Shown here piece after piece: positions 10,191 through 19,916 of a stretch of DNA of 45,247 nt. The stretch lies in the NCBI GenBank assembly GCA_018240485.1, contig JAFEFR010000044.1:1-45247 (forward strand). The letters run 5' to 3'. The translations under genes were made by a program, and so were the position numbers. Source of the stretch: Pseudomonadota bacterium. Lineage in GTDB: Bacteria; Pseudomonadota; Gammaproteobacteria; Xanthomonadales; Rhodanobacteraceae. The stretch's first letter is position 1, and every line of letters begins with the position of its first letter. The notes under the pieces were generated by a model that saw only the letters and a program-made list of their open reading frames with translations, had not been told where the DNA came from and ran no database searches.

Positions 10191-10882
10191 GTGTGTGGGT
10201 GAGTTGCCAACGGCGGCAGATTCGCCCGCAGCCGATCCTGCACCGTGTTGCGCAATTCGATCAGCCGCCCGTGGAAAAAGTGGCCCGTATCGGCAAAGCG
10301 CACGAGGTCGGGCGGCGGTTGCATCGAGGCGGCGAAGGCATACACCGCGCTCGGGTCGACCACTTCATCGGCTTCGCCCTGAACCACGAGCCAAGGGCAG
10401 GTCGGCAATGTCATCGCGTGGAAATCCCATTTCGTCACCGCCGGCGCAATGGCGATCAATTGGCGTACGGGCCGTTGGCCGGCAACGCGTGTGGCGACGT
10501 AGCTGCCGAAGGAAAACCCGCCCATCCACAACGCATCGTGCGGACGCACGCTTTGCACCCAGCGCACGACGGCGAGCGCGTCCTCGGTCTCGCCGACACC
10601 GTCATCGAACGTGCCTTGCGAAGTGCCGACGCCGCGAAAATTGAAGCGCACCGTCGCAAGCCCGATCTCCCGCAGCGCGCGTTCGAGCGTGGTCACGACT
10701 TTGTTCGTCATCGTGCCGCCCTGCAGCGGATGCGGATGACAGAGGACAGCCACGCCCGCCCGCGCCACATCGACCGCCGGCACATCGCACGCCACATCAA
10801 GTGCGCCCGCGGGGCCGGGCAAACTGAAACACGAAGCGGTGGCGGGAAACCGGTCGGGTGCCGACGTGGGAAAAATACTCAT
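10187..10882 (-). CDS. Alpha/beta hydrolase
   Basis: CHPHPLQGGTM, RFNFRGVG, GFSFG nucleophile elbow, GHFFHG. 4-nt overlap with zapE. Confidence 0.9.
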   Translation of the reverse strand: MSIFPTSAPDRFPATASCFSLPGPAGALDVACDVPAVDVARAGVAVLCHPHPLQGGTMTNKVVTTLERALREIGLATVRFNFRGVGTSQGTFDDGVGETEDALAVVRWVQSVRPHDALWMGGFSFGSYVATRVAGQRPVRQLIAIAPAVTKWDFHAMTLPTCPWLVVQGEADEVVDPSAVYAFAASMQPPPDLVRFADTGHFFHGRLIELRNTVQDRLRANLPPLATHPHT

Positions 10883-10961
10883 GGGTGCGCGCATGATAGC
10901 CGATGCCTGTGGCGCATCGGCACGCGAACGAGTGCAAGTGAGCGGTGCCCGATGGCCTTCG

Positions 10962-11594
10962 CTACGTTCGTCGATCCAAATCCGCGCGCAACGCCTTGGC
11001 CTGAGCGGTCAGGTTGCGAGTGGCTGCGAGCAGGTCGCGAAGGCGATCGACGTAAGCGGCAAACATGGGGCGAAGCTGGCCGGCTTCGTCGTAAAAAACC
11101 GCGGGATCGGCGCCCAGCGGAAAAATCTGCGTTTCGGTATAGGCCGCATATCGAACGTAGCGTTCGCCGAGGGATTCCTGGCGGTTGTAGAACCTCGCCA
11201 GCTGAAAAAGCAGATCCGGCTTCAGCGCGCGCGCGGCGCCGGTGGCGATGACGCTGTCCCAGATACGGGTGGGCGGTCGTTCGGCGTTGTCTTCGCGAAA
11301 TATCGGCAGGGCGGGGCGTTCATGCCGTGCGATCGCCGCATCGAAAGCGGCCAACTTCGCCTGCGCTTCGTTCTCGAATGCCGCGTTGTGTCGCAGCACA
11401 TCGTCGAGAGTGGGGGCGAGCGCGGCGAGGATACTGGATCGATAGTCGGCTTCTTCCCGGTCCCGGCGCACGCTCTCCAGCGCGAATGCCGCGGTGACAC
11501 CGATGAAGACGATGACGATCTCGAATACGAGCTTGTGGATCGAGGCGCGGTGCCGGGAGTATTTTTCCACGATCCACATTCGCAACGATGCCAT
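10962..11594 (-). CDS. Hypothetical membrane-anchored protein
   Basis: 210-aa ORF with one N-terminal TM (EIVIVFIGVTAAFAL) followed by a helical region. Confidence 0.7.
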   Translation of the reverse strand: MASLRMWIVEKYSRHRASIHKLVFEIVIVFIGVTAAFALESVRRDREEADYRSSILAALAPTLDDVLRHNAAFENEAQAKLAAFDAAIARHERPALPIFREDNAERPPTRIWDSVIATGAARALKPDLLFQLARFYNRQESLGERYVRYAAYTETQIFPLGADPAVFYDEAGQLRPMFAAYVDRLRDLLAATRNLTAQAKALRADLDRRT

Positions 11595-11660
11595 CGTCGG
11601 CCCCCGGTGTGCGACGGTTGCCGGCAGTCAACCTGCCGGCCAAACACTCACTTCACGCCC

Positions 11661-12191
11661 TCACTTCACTTGCGACATCATCCACTCGACCGTGGCCTTG
11701 ACCTGGGCATCGTTCAGCGAGGGATTGCCGCCGCGTGCCGGCATCACGCCCTTTTTGCCCGTGAAGCCGTCGATCGCATGCTTGAGCAGGGTGTCTTCGC
11801 CTTGAGCGAGGCGCGGCGCCCATTCGGCCTTGTTGCTGATGACCGGTGCGCCCGTCGCCGCATTTTCGTGGCAGGTGTGGCAGAGATTGCCGAAGATGGT
11901 CTTGCCGTCGGTGGTGCCGCCGTAGGCCACTTGCGATGCGGCAGCCTTGGCCGCCGCTTCCTGCGCTGCCGCGAGCGCGGCACGACCGGTGTCGCCGGCA
12001 TACACGCCGGCAACCGGGGCGATGCGCTGTTCCACTTCTTCGGTGTGCGCCGGATTGATCGGCGGCGGATTTTTCGAATACAGATACAGCGCCACGCCGA
12101 TCAAAAAGAACATGACCAGCACGAGAAAGCCGATCACCATCGAGAAATGCTTGAGGAAGGTACGGTCGGTGTCGGTAACGGGATTGGTCAC
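11661..12191 (-). CDS. Cytochrome c5 family protein
   Basis: N-terminal TM, CHTCH heme motif, HAIDGF..MPARGG. GTG start. Confidence 0.93.
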   Translation of the reverse strand: MTNPVTDTDRTFLKHFSMVIGFLVLVMFFLIGVALYLYSKNPPPINPAHTEEVEQRIAPVAGVYAGDTGRAALAAAQEAAAKAAASQVAYGGTTDGKTIFGNLCHTCHENAATGAPVISNKAEWAPRLAQGEDTLLKHAIDGFTGKKGVMPARGGNPSLNDAQVKATVEWMMSQVK

Positions 12192-12465
12192 GGGTCAGCA
12201 CCTGTAGAAACCGGCCATCGCAGGCCGGAGGGGTCGATTCGCGCAGCAATGAGCCACGTACAAGGCCGCAAAGTATAGCGACGCGGCGCTTCATGCGAAA
12301 GACGCACGGACATCGATGCTGGTACCGAGGCCCGTAGCTCCCGACATCGTCGAATGCGCAAGGCAAGCAGCCGGCCGCAGCCGGTCACGTGATGGTGGCG
12401 AATCGGTCGCCGGGCATGCTGTACGTGGGATATAAACTAAGTCCAACTCGTCGCTGGAGACGGTT

Positions 12466-13380
12466 TTGCCTTCCTTCCTCGTTTTTGGTGCCAGTGGCAT
12501 GGTCGGCGATTTTTTGTTGCCGCCGCTGGGCAAACACGGCCCCGTGCTTGCCATCAGCCGCAATGCGCGGGTAACAGTTCAAGCCGAAGCGGGAATTCAA
12601 TGGCAGTGCGGCGATCTGGGCGGCGAAATGCCGCCGCTGCCGGCATGCGACGTCGTGTTCAGTCTGGGCCCCCTTGATGCCTTTTCGGCATGGTTCGCGC
12701 GCGCCGCCCCCGCGAGCGTGCGGCGAGTCGTCGCACTGGGCTCGATGAGCGCGGAAAGCAAGCGCGATTCGGTCGACGCAACCGAGCGAGCCTTGAGCGA
12801 GCGCTTGTGCCACGCCGAGACTCAGTTGATGGAAGCCGCGCGTGCGCGTCGCGTCGGCTGCACGATTTTCCGCTCGACCCTCATCTACGGCAGTGGCCGC
12901 GATCGCAGCCTGGCGCCGATCGCGCGCTGGGCGCGGCGCTGGCGCGTCCTGCCGATCCCGCGCGGTGCGGCGGGGTTGCGCCAACCCGTGCATGCCCGCG
13001 ATCTCGCCGCCGCCTGTCTTGCCGTGGCCGACAATGAATCCACATATGGAAAAATATACCCAATGGGTGGTGGCGAGCGACTGCGTTTCGACGACATGCT
13101 CCGGCGAATCGCGCTCGGGCCACCGCGCCTGGCCTGGCCTTTGCCGATACCACTGCCTCTTCTGCGCGCGCTCGCGCGTGGGCGCGTGGGGGCCGGTGCG
13201 CTCGCGCGCCTGACCGCACCGCTGATTGCCGACAATTCGGCGGCAGCGCGCGATTTCGGCTACGCGCCATGCGCTTTCCGCGCACAAGATGCGCTCGTCG
13301 CGCAAAGCTGTCGTCGTCCGATTGACGACGGCGAAAGCAAAGGAGAAGATGCCTGCGGGGACGAAGGGGACGCCGCATGA
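12466..13380 (+). CDS. NAD-dependent epimerase/dehydratase family protein
   Basis: VFGASGMVG Rossmann motif, RSTLIYG, LRQPVHARDLA. Confidence 0.85.
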   Translation: MPSFLVFGASGMVGDFLLPPLGKHGPVLAISRNARVTVQAEAGIQWQCGDLGGEMPPLPACDVVFSLGPLDAFSAWFARAAPASVRRVVALGSMSAESKRDSVDATERALSERLCHAETQLMEAARARRVGCTIFRSTLIYGSGRDRSLAPIARWARRWRVLPIPRGAAGLRQPVHARDLAAACLAVADNESTYGKIYPMGGGERLRFDDMLRRIALGPPRLAWPLPIPLPLLRALARGRVGAGALARLTAPLIADNSAAARDFGYAPCAFRAQDALVAQSCRRPIDDGESKGEDACGDEGDAA

Positions 13381-13573
13381 TCAATCGAATCTCATCGTGG
13401 ATTGACGTGGAAAGTTCCACTCGCACGTTCGATACAGGAAGAAGCCCGCCGCCATGCCGGCGTTTGTTGCGTCGCGGCAAGCCGAGCCGTGAAGTTATCG
13501 GCATAATCGTCAAAACAAGCGTTTGAATTTTCGCCACCAGCCCAGCATGCCGCTTTGTGCGGAGGAGGAGACC

Positions 13574-15787
13574 ATGCACAGATTCCATTTTCGCCCCTTG
13601 ATTCTGCCGTCCCTGTTGTTGACGGTTTTCGCGGGTACGAGCGCGCACGCTTACGACTACACCGCGCCGGTGCCGCTGCACACAACGGCAAAATTCGACC
13701 CCACCACGAGCACGGTGCCGTTCCCTACGGATTTGTTGCGTCAGGGTTCGTTGGATTTGTCGCTGAACATCCCGATCGCGACGGGCACGTCGGCGGGGCA
13801 GACGGCGGTCTACAACGCCTTGAATTCGCTCGATGGCTTCAGCACAACGGCCCCCTGGAGCACGACATTCGCTTCAGCGCTGACTGCCGCCAGCGTCATC
13901 GGTGGCAAGAGCGTACATCTGTATGAAGTCAAGACCGATCCGAAAACCGGCGCCGTTCTCGGCATCATTCGCGAGCTCGCCTCGCCCCAGGAATACGTCG
14001 CCGCGCTGCCCGCGAACGCGGCCACCGGCGCGACGCTCGCCCTCGTGCCGACGCGGCCACTCAAGCAACTGACCTCGTACATGGCCGTGTTGACCAATGG
14101 CATCACCGATGCCGGCGGCGCGCCAACGCGTCAGTCGCTGATCTACGGCTTCGCCAAGCGCACCAGCCCGCTGTGCCAGAACGGCGTATCGGTATTCCCC
14201 GCGCTGGCCGACGCCCAGGCGTGCGCGCTCGAGCCGCTGCGCCAGTTGACCAACCTGCAGGAAGCCGCCGCCAAAACCGCGGGTGTCGATCCGTCGACGA
14301 TCGTGCTGTCGTGGACCGCCACGACCCAGGCAACCACGGTAACGATGCAATCCATCGCCGGTTTGGTCGATGCCGCGCCAGACAAGAACATTGCCGTGGT
14401 TCCCATTGGCAAGACCTTGGGCGATCTCATTCCTGGTCAGCCGCCGATTGCCGATATCTACGTCGGCACCCTGACCGTGCCGTACTATTTGTCGGCACCG
14501 AGCAAAACCAACCCGGTCGCGCCATTGACAAACTACTGGACGGCGCCGCCGTGCGGTCAGGTGGCGTCGTGCAAGGCCTTGGGGCTTGATCCGACCTCGA
14601 CCAAAGTCACTGTGGCCAATCCGTTGCCGGTGGCAACCTCGCAGCAGACCGTGCCGGTGCTGATGAGCGTGCCGAACGCCAACTCTGGCAAGGCCATGCC
14701 GTCGGCCGGTTGGCCGGTCGTGATCTACGAGCATGGCATCACCAGCGATCGTACCTCGATGCTGGCCGCCGTGGGTGCGTTGTCCCAAGCCGGTTTCGCC
14801 GTAATCTCCATCGACCTGCCACTGCATGGCCTTGCGCCAACCAATCCGTTCTACGGCAACCAGTTGCTCGCAGGCACACCCGCAGCCGCACTGATGACCG
14901 GCGAACGTACTTTCAATTTGCCGCAGATCGATTCGGTGTCCGGCCAACCGGTGGCGGGTTCGATTGCCTCCTCGGGTTCGTATTTCATCAACTTGAGCAG
15001 CTTGCGCACCTCGCGCGACAACCTGCGCCAAGGCGTGTCCGACCTGCTTGCGCTGCGGAGTGCAATTCCCTATGTCAAGGCCATGAACGGCACACCGCTA
15101 TTCGATGCCTCGCGGGTCGCTTTCCTCGGCATATCGCTCGGCAGCATCGAAGGTACCACCTTCATGGCGCTAGCGGCGACGCCGAACACGGCGGTGCAGA
15201 ATGCAGTGCTCAACGTGCCGGGTGGTGGTGTCACCAATCTGTTGATCGGCTCACCAACGTTCGGCCCGACCATTCTGGCCGGCTTGGCGACGAATGGCAT
15301 CCTGCCGGGCACGTCCGACTTCAACACGTTCGTTGTTGCGACCCAAAGCGTGATCGACTCGGGCGACCCGATCAACTACGCAGGCGATGCAGGCACCGGC
15401 GCTGTGCTGGCGAAGAAAAACTTGCTCGCTCAGGTGGTCGTTGGCGGCAGTGCGCCACTGGTCGGCGACACGAAGAATCCGAAGGCTTATGACGCCAATG
15501 GCAAATGGTTGCCCGACCAGGTGATCACCAACACCGTGCCGAATGCCCCGCTGTCTGGCGGATTGCCGATCGTGTCTCTGCTCGGTCTCGCGCCGATCGG
15601 CGCGACCACGCAATCGCCGACCGGCATTCACAACTCGGTGCTGTTCGTCAGCGGCGTGCATTCCTCGCTGCTCGATCCATCCGCCTCGCCACAGACCACG
15701 GTCGAAATGCAAGGTGAGGCAGCGAGCTTTTTTGCGACTAATGGTGCCGCCGTGCAGGTCACGAACGGCGCGGTCGTCAAACATTGA
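13574..15787 (+). CDS. Secreted lipase/phospholipase, Pla-1/VolA-like
   Basis: Signal peptide ending AHA, PFPTDL..LNSLDGFSTTAP, WPVVIYEHGIT, IDLPLHG, RDNLRQGVSDLL, GISLG nucleophile, DSGDPINY. Strong GGAGG RBS. Confidence 0.88.
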   Translation: MHRFHFRPLILPSLLLTVFAGTSAHAYDYTAPVPLHTTAKFDPTTSTVPFPTDLLRQGSLDLSLNIPIATGTSAGQTAVYNALNSLDGFSTTAPWSTTFASALTAASVIGGKSVHLYEVKTDPKTGAVLGIIRELASPQEYVAALPANAATGATLALVPTRPLKQLTSYMAVLTNGITDAGGAPTRQSLIYGFAKRTSPLCQNGVSVFPALADAQACALEPLRQLTNLQEAAAKTAGVDPSTIVLSWTATTQATTVTMQSIAGLVDAAPDKNIAVVPIGKTLGDLIPGQPPIADIYVGTLTVPYYLSAPSKTNPVAPLTNYWTAPPCGQVASCKALGLDPTSTKVTVANPLPVATSQQTVPVLMSVPNANSGKAMPSAGWPVVIYEHGITSDRTSMLAAVGALSQAGFAVISIDLPLHGLAPTNPFYGNQLLAGTPAAALMTGERTFNLPQIDSVSGQPVAGSIASSGSYFINLSSLRTSRDNLRQGVSDLLALRSAIPYVKAMNGTPLFDASRVAFLGISLGSIEGTTFMALAATPNTAVQNAVLNVPGGGVTNLLIGSPTFGPTILAGLATNGILPGTSDFNTFVVATQSVIDSGDPINYAGDAGTGAVLAKKNLLAQVVVGGSAPLVGDTKNPKAYDANGKWLPDQVITNTVPNAPLSGGLPIVSLLGLAPIGATTQSPTGIHNSVLFVSGVHSSLLDPSASPQTTVEMQGEAASFFATNGAAVQVTNGAVVKH

Positions 15788-15816
15788 ACATCCGGAACCC
15801 AGAAGGACATCTCGCC

Positions 15817-17148
15817 ATGACACCTATCCAACCCAACAAGCGAATCGTTCCGGCCCTGACCGCTTTGAGTTTCGCCGTCGCGGCGGCCATTGTTAGCCAA
15901 GGCGCATTCGCCAGCGCCTTCCAGCTCAGCGAGGACACGGCACAAGGCACCGGGCGTGCGCATGCCGGTGGTCCGGCCGCCCCGAATGACTGCGCGGTCG
16001 TCGCCAACAACCCGGCGGCGATGAGCGACTTTACGACGTCGTGCCTCACCGGCAACGTGTCCGCAATCAATTTCAGCGCCAAGTTCAGCGGCAGCGGTCA
16101 GGACGTATTCGGTCAACCGCTCACCGGAGGCAACGGCGGCGATGCCGGCACAACCAAGGCGATTCCGTCCGCCTTCTACATCCGTCCGATCAATGAGCAG
16201 TTGGTGCTCGGCGTCGGTATGTCCGCGCCATTCGGGTTCCAGACCGAGTACAACGACCGCTGGGTCGGTCGCTACCAAGGCGTGAAAACCAAGCTTCAAT
16301 CGCCGGCATTGACCTTCGCCGGTTCGTGGAAACTCAACGATCAATTGTCGCTCGGCGCCAGCTTGATCGTGCAGCGCACATCGGCCACGCTGGTGCAGGA
16401 CATCGACTTCGGTGCGATTCTCGCCGGCCCGACCGGTGGGGCGTTGCTGCCGCAGGAGGCCGATGGCCAGGGCGGCTTGAAGGGTGATGATCTAAGTTAT
16501 GGTTTCGGTCTCGGCGCACTGTGGAAGCCGACCGCGAACGATCGCTTCGGCGTCAACTTCCACTCCCAGATCGACCATACCTTGAGCGGCAATGGCACCT
16601 TCCTCGTGCCGTCCAATTTGGTTCCCTTGCTGGGCGGTGCTTTCGTCAACACCAAGGGCAAGGCGGATCTGAACACGCCGTGGTTCGTCAACCTTGGCTG
16701 GTGGCACACGGTCGATGAGCGGTTCAGTTTCGGCGTCAACGCGAGCTACACGAACTGGTCGAGCTTCAAGACTCTGCAAATCGTCTACGACAACCCCAAA
16801 CAGCCGACCTCGACCCAGGACTTCAGCTACAAGAGCACCTGGTTCACATCGGTCGGTGGCGACTACAAACTCGACAACCAGTGGACTCTGCGTGGTGGCG
16901 TGGCTTGGGATGCAACTCCTACCTCGGATGTACATCGCGATCCGAAGGTGCCGGATAATTCGCGCTTTTGGTTGTCGCTTGGAGCGAGTTATCAGTACAG
17001 CGCCAACTTGCGCATCGACGCCTCGTTCACCCATCTGTTCGTCAACGACGCGAAGATCAACGACATTTCCGCGTTCAAGAGTACGCTCAATGGTGCGTTC
17101 AAGGTCGATGGCAATATCCTCGCCGTCGGCGCGCAGTACACGTTCTGA
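15817..17148 (+). CDS. fadL: Outer-membrane long-chain fatty acid transporter, FadL/OmpP1 family
   Basis: Signal peptide, SAFQLSE..GRAHAG, NNPAAM hatch motif, PFGFQTEY, C-terminal YTF. Confidence 0.93.
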   Translation: MTPIQPNKRIVPALTALSFAVAAAIVSQGAFASAFQLSEDTAQGTGRAHAGGPAAPNDCAVVANNPAAMSDFTTSCLTGNVSAINFSAKFSGSGQDVFGQPLTGGNGGDAGTTKAIPSAFYIRPINEQLVLGVGMSAPFGFQTEYNDRWVGRYQGVKTKLQSPALTFAGSWKLNDQLSLGASLIVQRTSATLVQDIDFGAILAGPTGGALLPQEADGQGGLKGDDLSYGFGLGALWKPTANDRFGVNFHSQIDHTLSGNGTFLVPSNLVPLLGGAFVNTKGKADLNTPWFVNLGWWHTVDERFSFGVNASYTNWSSFKTLQIVYDNPKQPTSTQDFSYKSTWFTSVGGDYKLDNQWTLRGGVAWDATPTSDVHRDPKVPDNSRFWLSLGASYQYSANLRIDASFTHLFVNDAKINDISAFKSTLNGAFKVDGNILAVGAQYTF

Positions 17149-17170
17149 TCGCAAGGTATCGCAACACTCG

Positions 17171-17200
17171 AAGACCGGCTTCGCGCCGGTCTTTTTTTTT
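17171..17200 (+). terminator. Intrinsic terminator after fadL
   Basis: AAGACCGGC-TTCGC-GCCGGTCTT followed by a T-run. Confidence 0.9.
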
Positions 17201-17312
17201 GCTGAAGTTCTGAATAAGCACGACGAAGACCGGTCGTAAATGAGGATTCCGGGCATGACCGGCGCGCGAGTTACCGAGCGCAGCAGTCTATTCGGGGGTA
17301 TCTTTTGTCCAG

Positions 17313-17789
17313 TCAATAGATCTTTGCGACAAGCCACGCCGGGCCGATCAACAGGTAGGCCAGATCGGTCAGAAACGAGGGCTTGCGTCCTTCGATCTTG
17401 TGGCCGATGAACTGGCCGATCCACGCGATCACGAACATCGCGACCGCCAGCCACAGCAGGGATGATGGCCCCAACGAGCGATACAGTCCTTCGGTGACGA
17501 GGCCGAATGCGACGAATACGCCAAGCATGGCGAACGCGAGCGGGCGCGACAAACGCAGATAGAACGCGAAGGCCAGCACCATCGCTACCGCAGCCCAGAG
17601 TCCGGCGCGCCCGATCATCGCTGGCACGGGCACGACCCAGAGCAGGGCAATCACGGCCCACAGGATCATCGGTACGCAAATCCAGTGAACGAGGATATTG
17701 GTCGGGTGGCGATGGTCGTCGCTGTAATTGCCGAGCCAGCGGTCGATATCACGGCGCGCATCGGCGACGTTGCAAGCGACTCCGCTCAT
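17313..17789 (-). CDS. DUF962 / Mpo1-like membrane protein
   Basis: YSDDHRHPTNILVHWICVP, WIGQFIGHKIEGRKPSF, LLIGPAW. Confidence 0.9.
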   Translation of the reverse strand: MSGVACNVADARRDIDRWLGNYSDDHRHPTNILVHWICVPMILWAVIALLWVVPVPAMIGRAGLWAAVAMVLAFAFYLRLSRPLAFAMLGVFVAFGLVTEGLYRSLGPSSLLWLAVAMFVIAWIGQFIGHKIEGRKPSFLTDLAYLLIGPAWLVAKIY

Positions 17790-17876
17790 GACGATCCTCG
17801 CCCGGCTATTTTTGTTGTGCCGAGCATAGCGCACGCCACATGCGGTGCAAGGGCGTCGCCGCCGGTAGGGGACCGC

Positions 17877-18746
17877 TCAGGCCATCGTCGAGCGCCACAG
17901 ATGCATGACGGCATAGGCGCGATAGGGCCGCCATGCCTGCGACATTTCCTCGAGCGCGCGTGTCGCCACCGGCTTGCCGTCGCGCGCCACCGCGTTGCGC
18001 AGGACGATATCGCCGGCCGGAAACGCATCGGCGTGAGCGAGGCCGCGCATCGCGAGATAGTGCGCCGTCCAGTCGCCGATGCCGGGCAGCGCGGTCCACA
18101 TGCGCACGAGTTCGGCGAGCGGGCGTTCGGCGCGGAAGTCGATGCGACCATCGCGCACTGCCGCTGCGACCACACGCAATGTGGCGATGCGCGCACCGGT
18201 GATGCCGATGCCGCTCAAATCCGCATTCGACAGCGTTCCTGGCGTCGGGAACAAATATACTTTTCCACTGCTCGGCGTGTCGGCTTCGCAGCCGAACTTG
18301 CGCACGACGCGCTCGGTCAGAGTGCGCGCAGCGGCGATCGTCACTTGTTGGCCGAGCACGGCGCGAATCGCGATTTCGAACCCGTCCCATCCGCCGGGCA
18401 AACGCTGGCCGGGGTGGCGCGCAACGCAAGCCTTCAGATGCCGGCGGCGACCGAGGTGCGCGTTGATCGCGGCGATGTCGGCATCGAGATCGAACATGCG
18501 GCGTACGCGCGCCACGATGTCGGGGATGTGCGTCGCGTCGGCGCCGTCGATGTGCAGGTCGAGCGCGTGACCGCGCGCTGCCGGCGCGACGGTGAATTCA
18601 CCGACCTCGCCGCCGAGGGTGAAGATGCGTCGATAACTTTTCTCGTCGACGTGTTCGACGCCCGGTATCGCGCGCTTGGCGAAGAAGCCGAGCAGGTTGG
18701 CGAAATCGTGGGGCGGTTGGTAGGCGAGGCGCATTTTTTTCCTCAC
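17877..18746 (-). CDS. alkA: DNA-3-methyladenine glycosylase II (AlkA family, no Ada zinc domain)
   Basis: RAIPGVE AlkA N-domain, RAVLGQQVT, HhH LPGIGDWTAHY, DAFPAGD, WRPYRAYA. Confidence 0.9.
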   Translation of the reverse strand: MRKKMRLAYQPPHDFANLLGFFAKRAIPGVEHVDEKSYRRIFTLGGEVGEFTVAPAARGHALDLHIDGADATHIPDIVARVRRMFDLDADIAAINAHLGRRRHLKACVARHPGQRLPGGWDGFEIAIRAVLGQQVTIAAARTLTERVVRKFGCEADTPSSGKVYLFPTPGTLSNADLSGIGITGARIATLRVVAAAVRDGRIDFRAERPLAELVRMWTALPGIGDWTAHYLAMRGLAHADAFPAGDIVLRNAVARDGKPVATRALEEMSQAWRPYRAYAVMHLWRSTMA

Positions 18747-18749
18747 GCG

Positions 18750-19532
18750 TCAAAATCCGTAGCGCAGGAAACCGCCGTCGACGGCGATGCACTCGCCGGT
18801 GATGTACGCCGCTGCCGGCAAACACAGAAAGGCGATCGCGGCAGCCACTTCTTCGGGCTCGCCGACGCGCCGCATGGGCGTGCGTTCGAGCACCTCGTCG
18901 AGATACTCCTCGTTGGCAAGTTTGGCTGCGGTGCGCTGGGTGCGGATGTACCACGGCGCCACGGCGTTGACGCGGATGCCGTCCTCGGCCCATTCGCAGG
19001 CGAGGTTTTTCGTCAGTTGCGCGAGTGCGGCCTTGGTCATGCCGTAGGGCGAGCCGGTGCGCACGTGGGTCAGCCCCGACACCGAGCTGACATTGACGAT
19101 CGCCGCATTGCCGTGTTCGGCGAGTTGTGGATGGGCGAGGCGGCACATCTCGAACGCGCTCATCACATTGGTTTCGATCAGCGCGCGTACATCGGCTTCG
19201 GCGTAGTCGAGCGTCGGCTTGCTCGTGTTGCCGCCGGCGTTGTTGACGAGGATGGATAGCGACAGGTCGAGATCGGCGATCCAGTCGAATACTTCGCGAC
19301 GTTGTTCGGCGTCGGCGACGTCGGCGGCGAAAGCAAGGATATCGGCCTGCGGGAATTCCTCGATCAACTCCACGCGCGCCGACTCCAAATGCGCTTCGTC
19401 GCGCGCGACCATCAACACGCTGGCGCCGAGCAGGGCGAACTCGCGCGCGCTCGCAAAGCCGATGCCGCGGCTCGCGCCGGTGATCAGTGCAACCTGCCCG
19501 TCCAGGCGCCAGCGTGCGGTATTCGTGGTCAT
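18750..19532 (-). CDS. SDR oxidoreductase (tropinone reductase-like)
   Basis: [17 protein letters not shown] catalytic motif, [22 protein letters not shown]. Confidence 0.92.
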   Translation of the reverse strand: MTTNTARWRLDGQVALITGASRGIGFASAREFALLGASVLMVARDEAHLESARVELIEEFPQADILAFAADVADAEQRREVFDWIADLDLSLSILVNNAGGNTSKPTLDYAEADVRALIETNVMSAFEMCRLAHPQLAEHGNAAIVNVSSVSGLTHVRTGSPYGMTKAALAQLTKNLACEWAEDGIRVNAVAPWYIRTQRTAAKLANEEYLDEVLERTPMRRVGEPEEVAAAIAFLCLPAAAYITGECIAVDGGFLRYGF

Positions 19533-19620
19533 GGCGGTCTCCGTCGCAGAAAACGACCGCCGCGCTTGTCCGCGCCGGGCGTCGAGGCGCAAACTTTAGC
19601 GACACCTTCGGGAGTTCGCC

Positions 19621-19854
19621 ATGCGCACCGCCATTCTGCCGATTCTCGCCATCGTTCCCGCGCTGCTCTGCGTTGCCTGCGCGGGCAAACCGCCGCAGGC
19701 GACACCGGCCGCCGCGCAAGCGGCTGCGCCGGAGAGGCAGAAGACCGTGATCGACGCCCAACTCAAGGCACTCGACAAGGCCAAGAAGGTGGAGGGCACG
19801 CTGGAGCAAGACAAAAAAGCCATGGACAAGCAACTGCAAGATGCCGGCGGCTGA
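19621..19854 (+). CDS. Small lipoprotein
   Basis: GGGAG RBS, hydrophobic signal with a CVACAG lipobox-like site, charged helical C-terminus. Confidence 0.7.
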   Translation: MRTAILPILAIVPALLCVACAGKPPQATPAAAQAAAPERQKTVIDAQLKALDKAKKVEGTLEQDKKAMDKQLQDAGG

Positions 19855-19916
19855 CAGACCCTGTTGCGACGAAGCCGGTCCGCTGCCGGCTCCGCGCCAT
19901 CGAAGACGTCGTCGCG

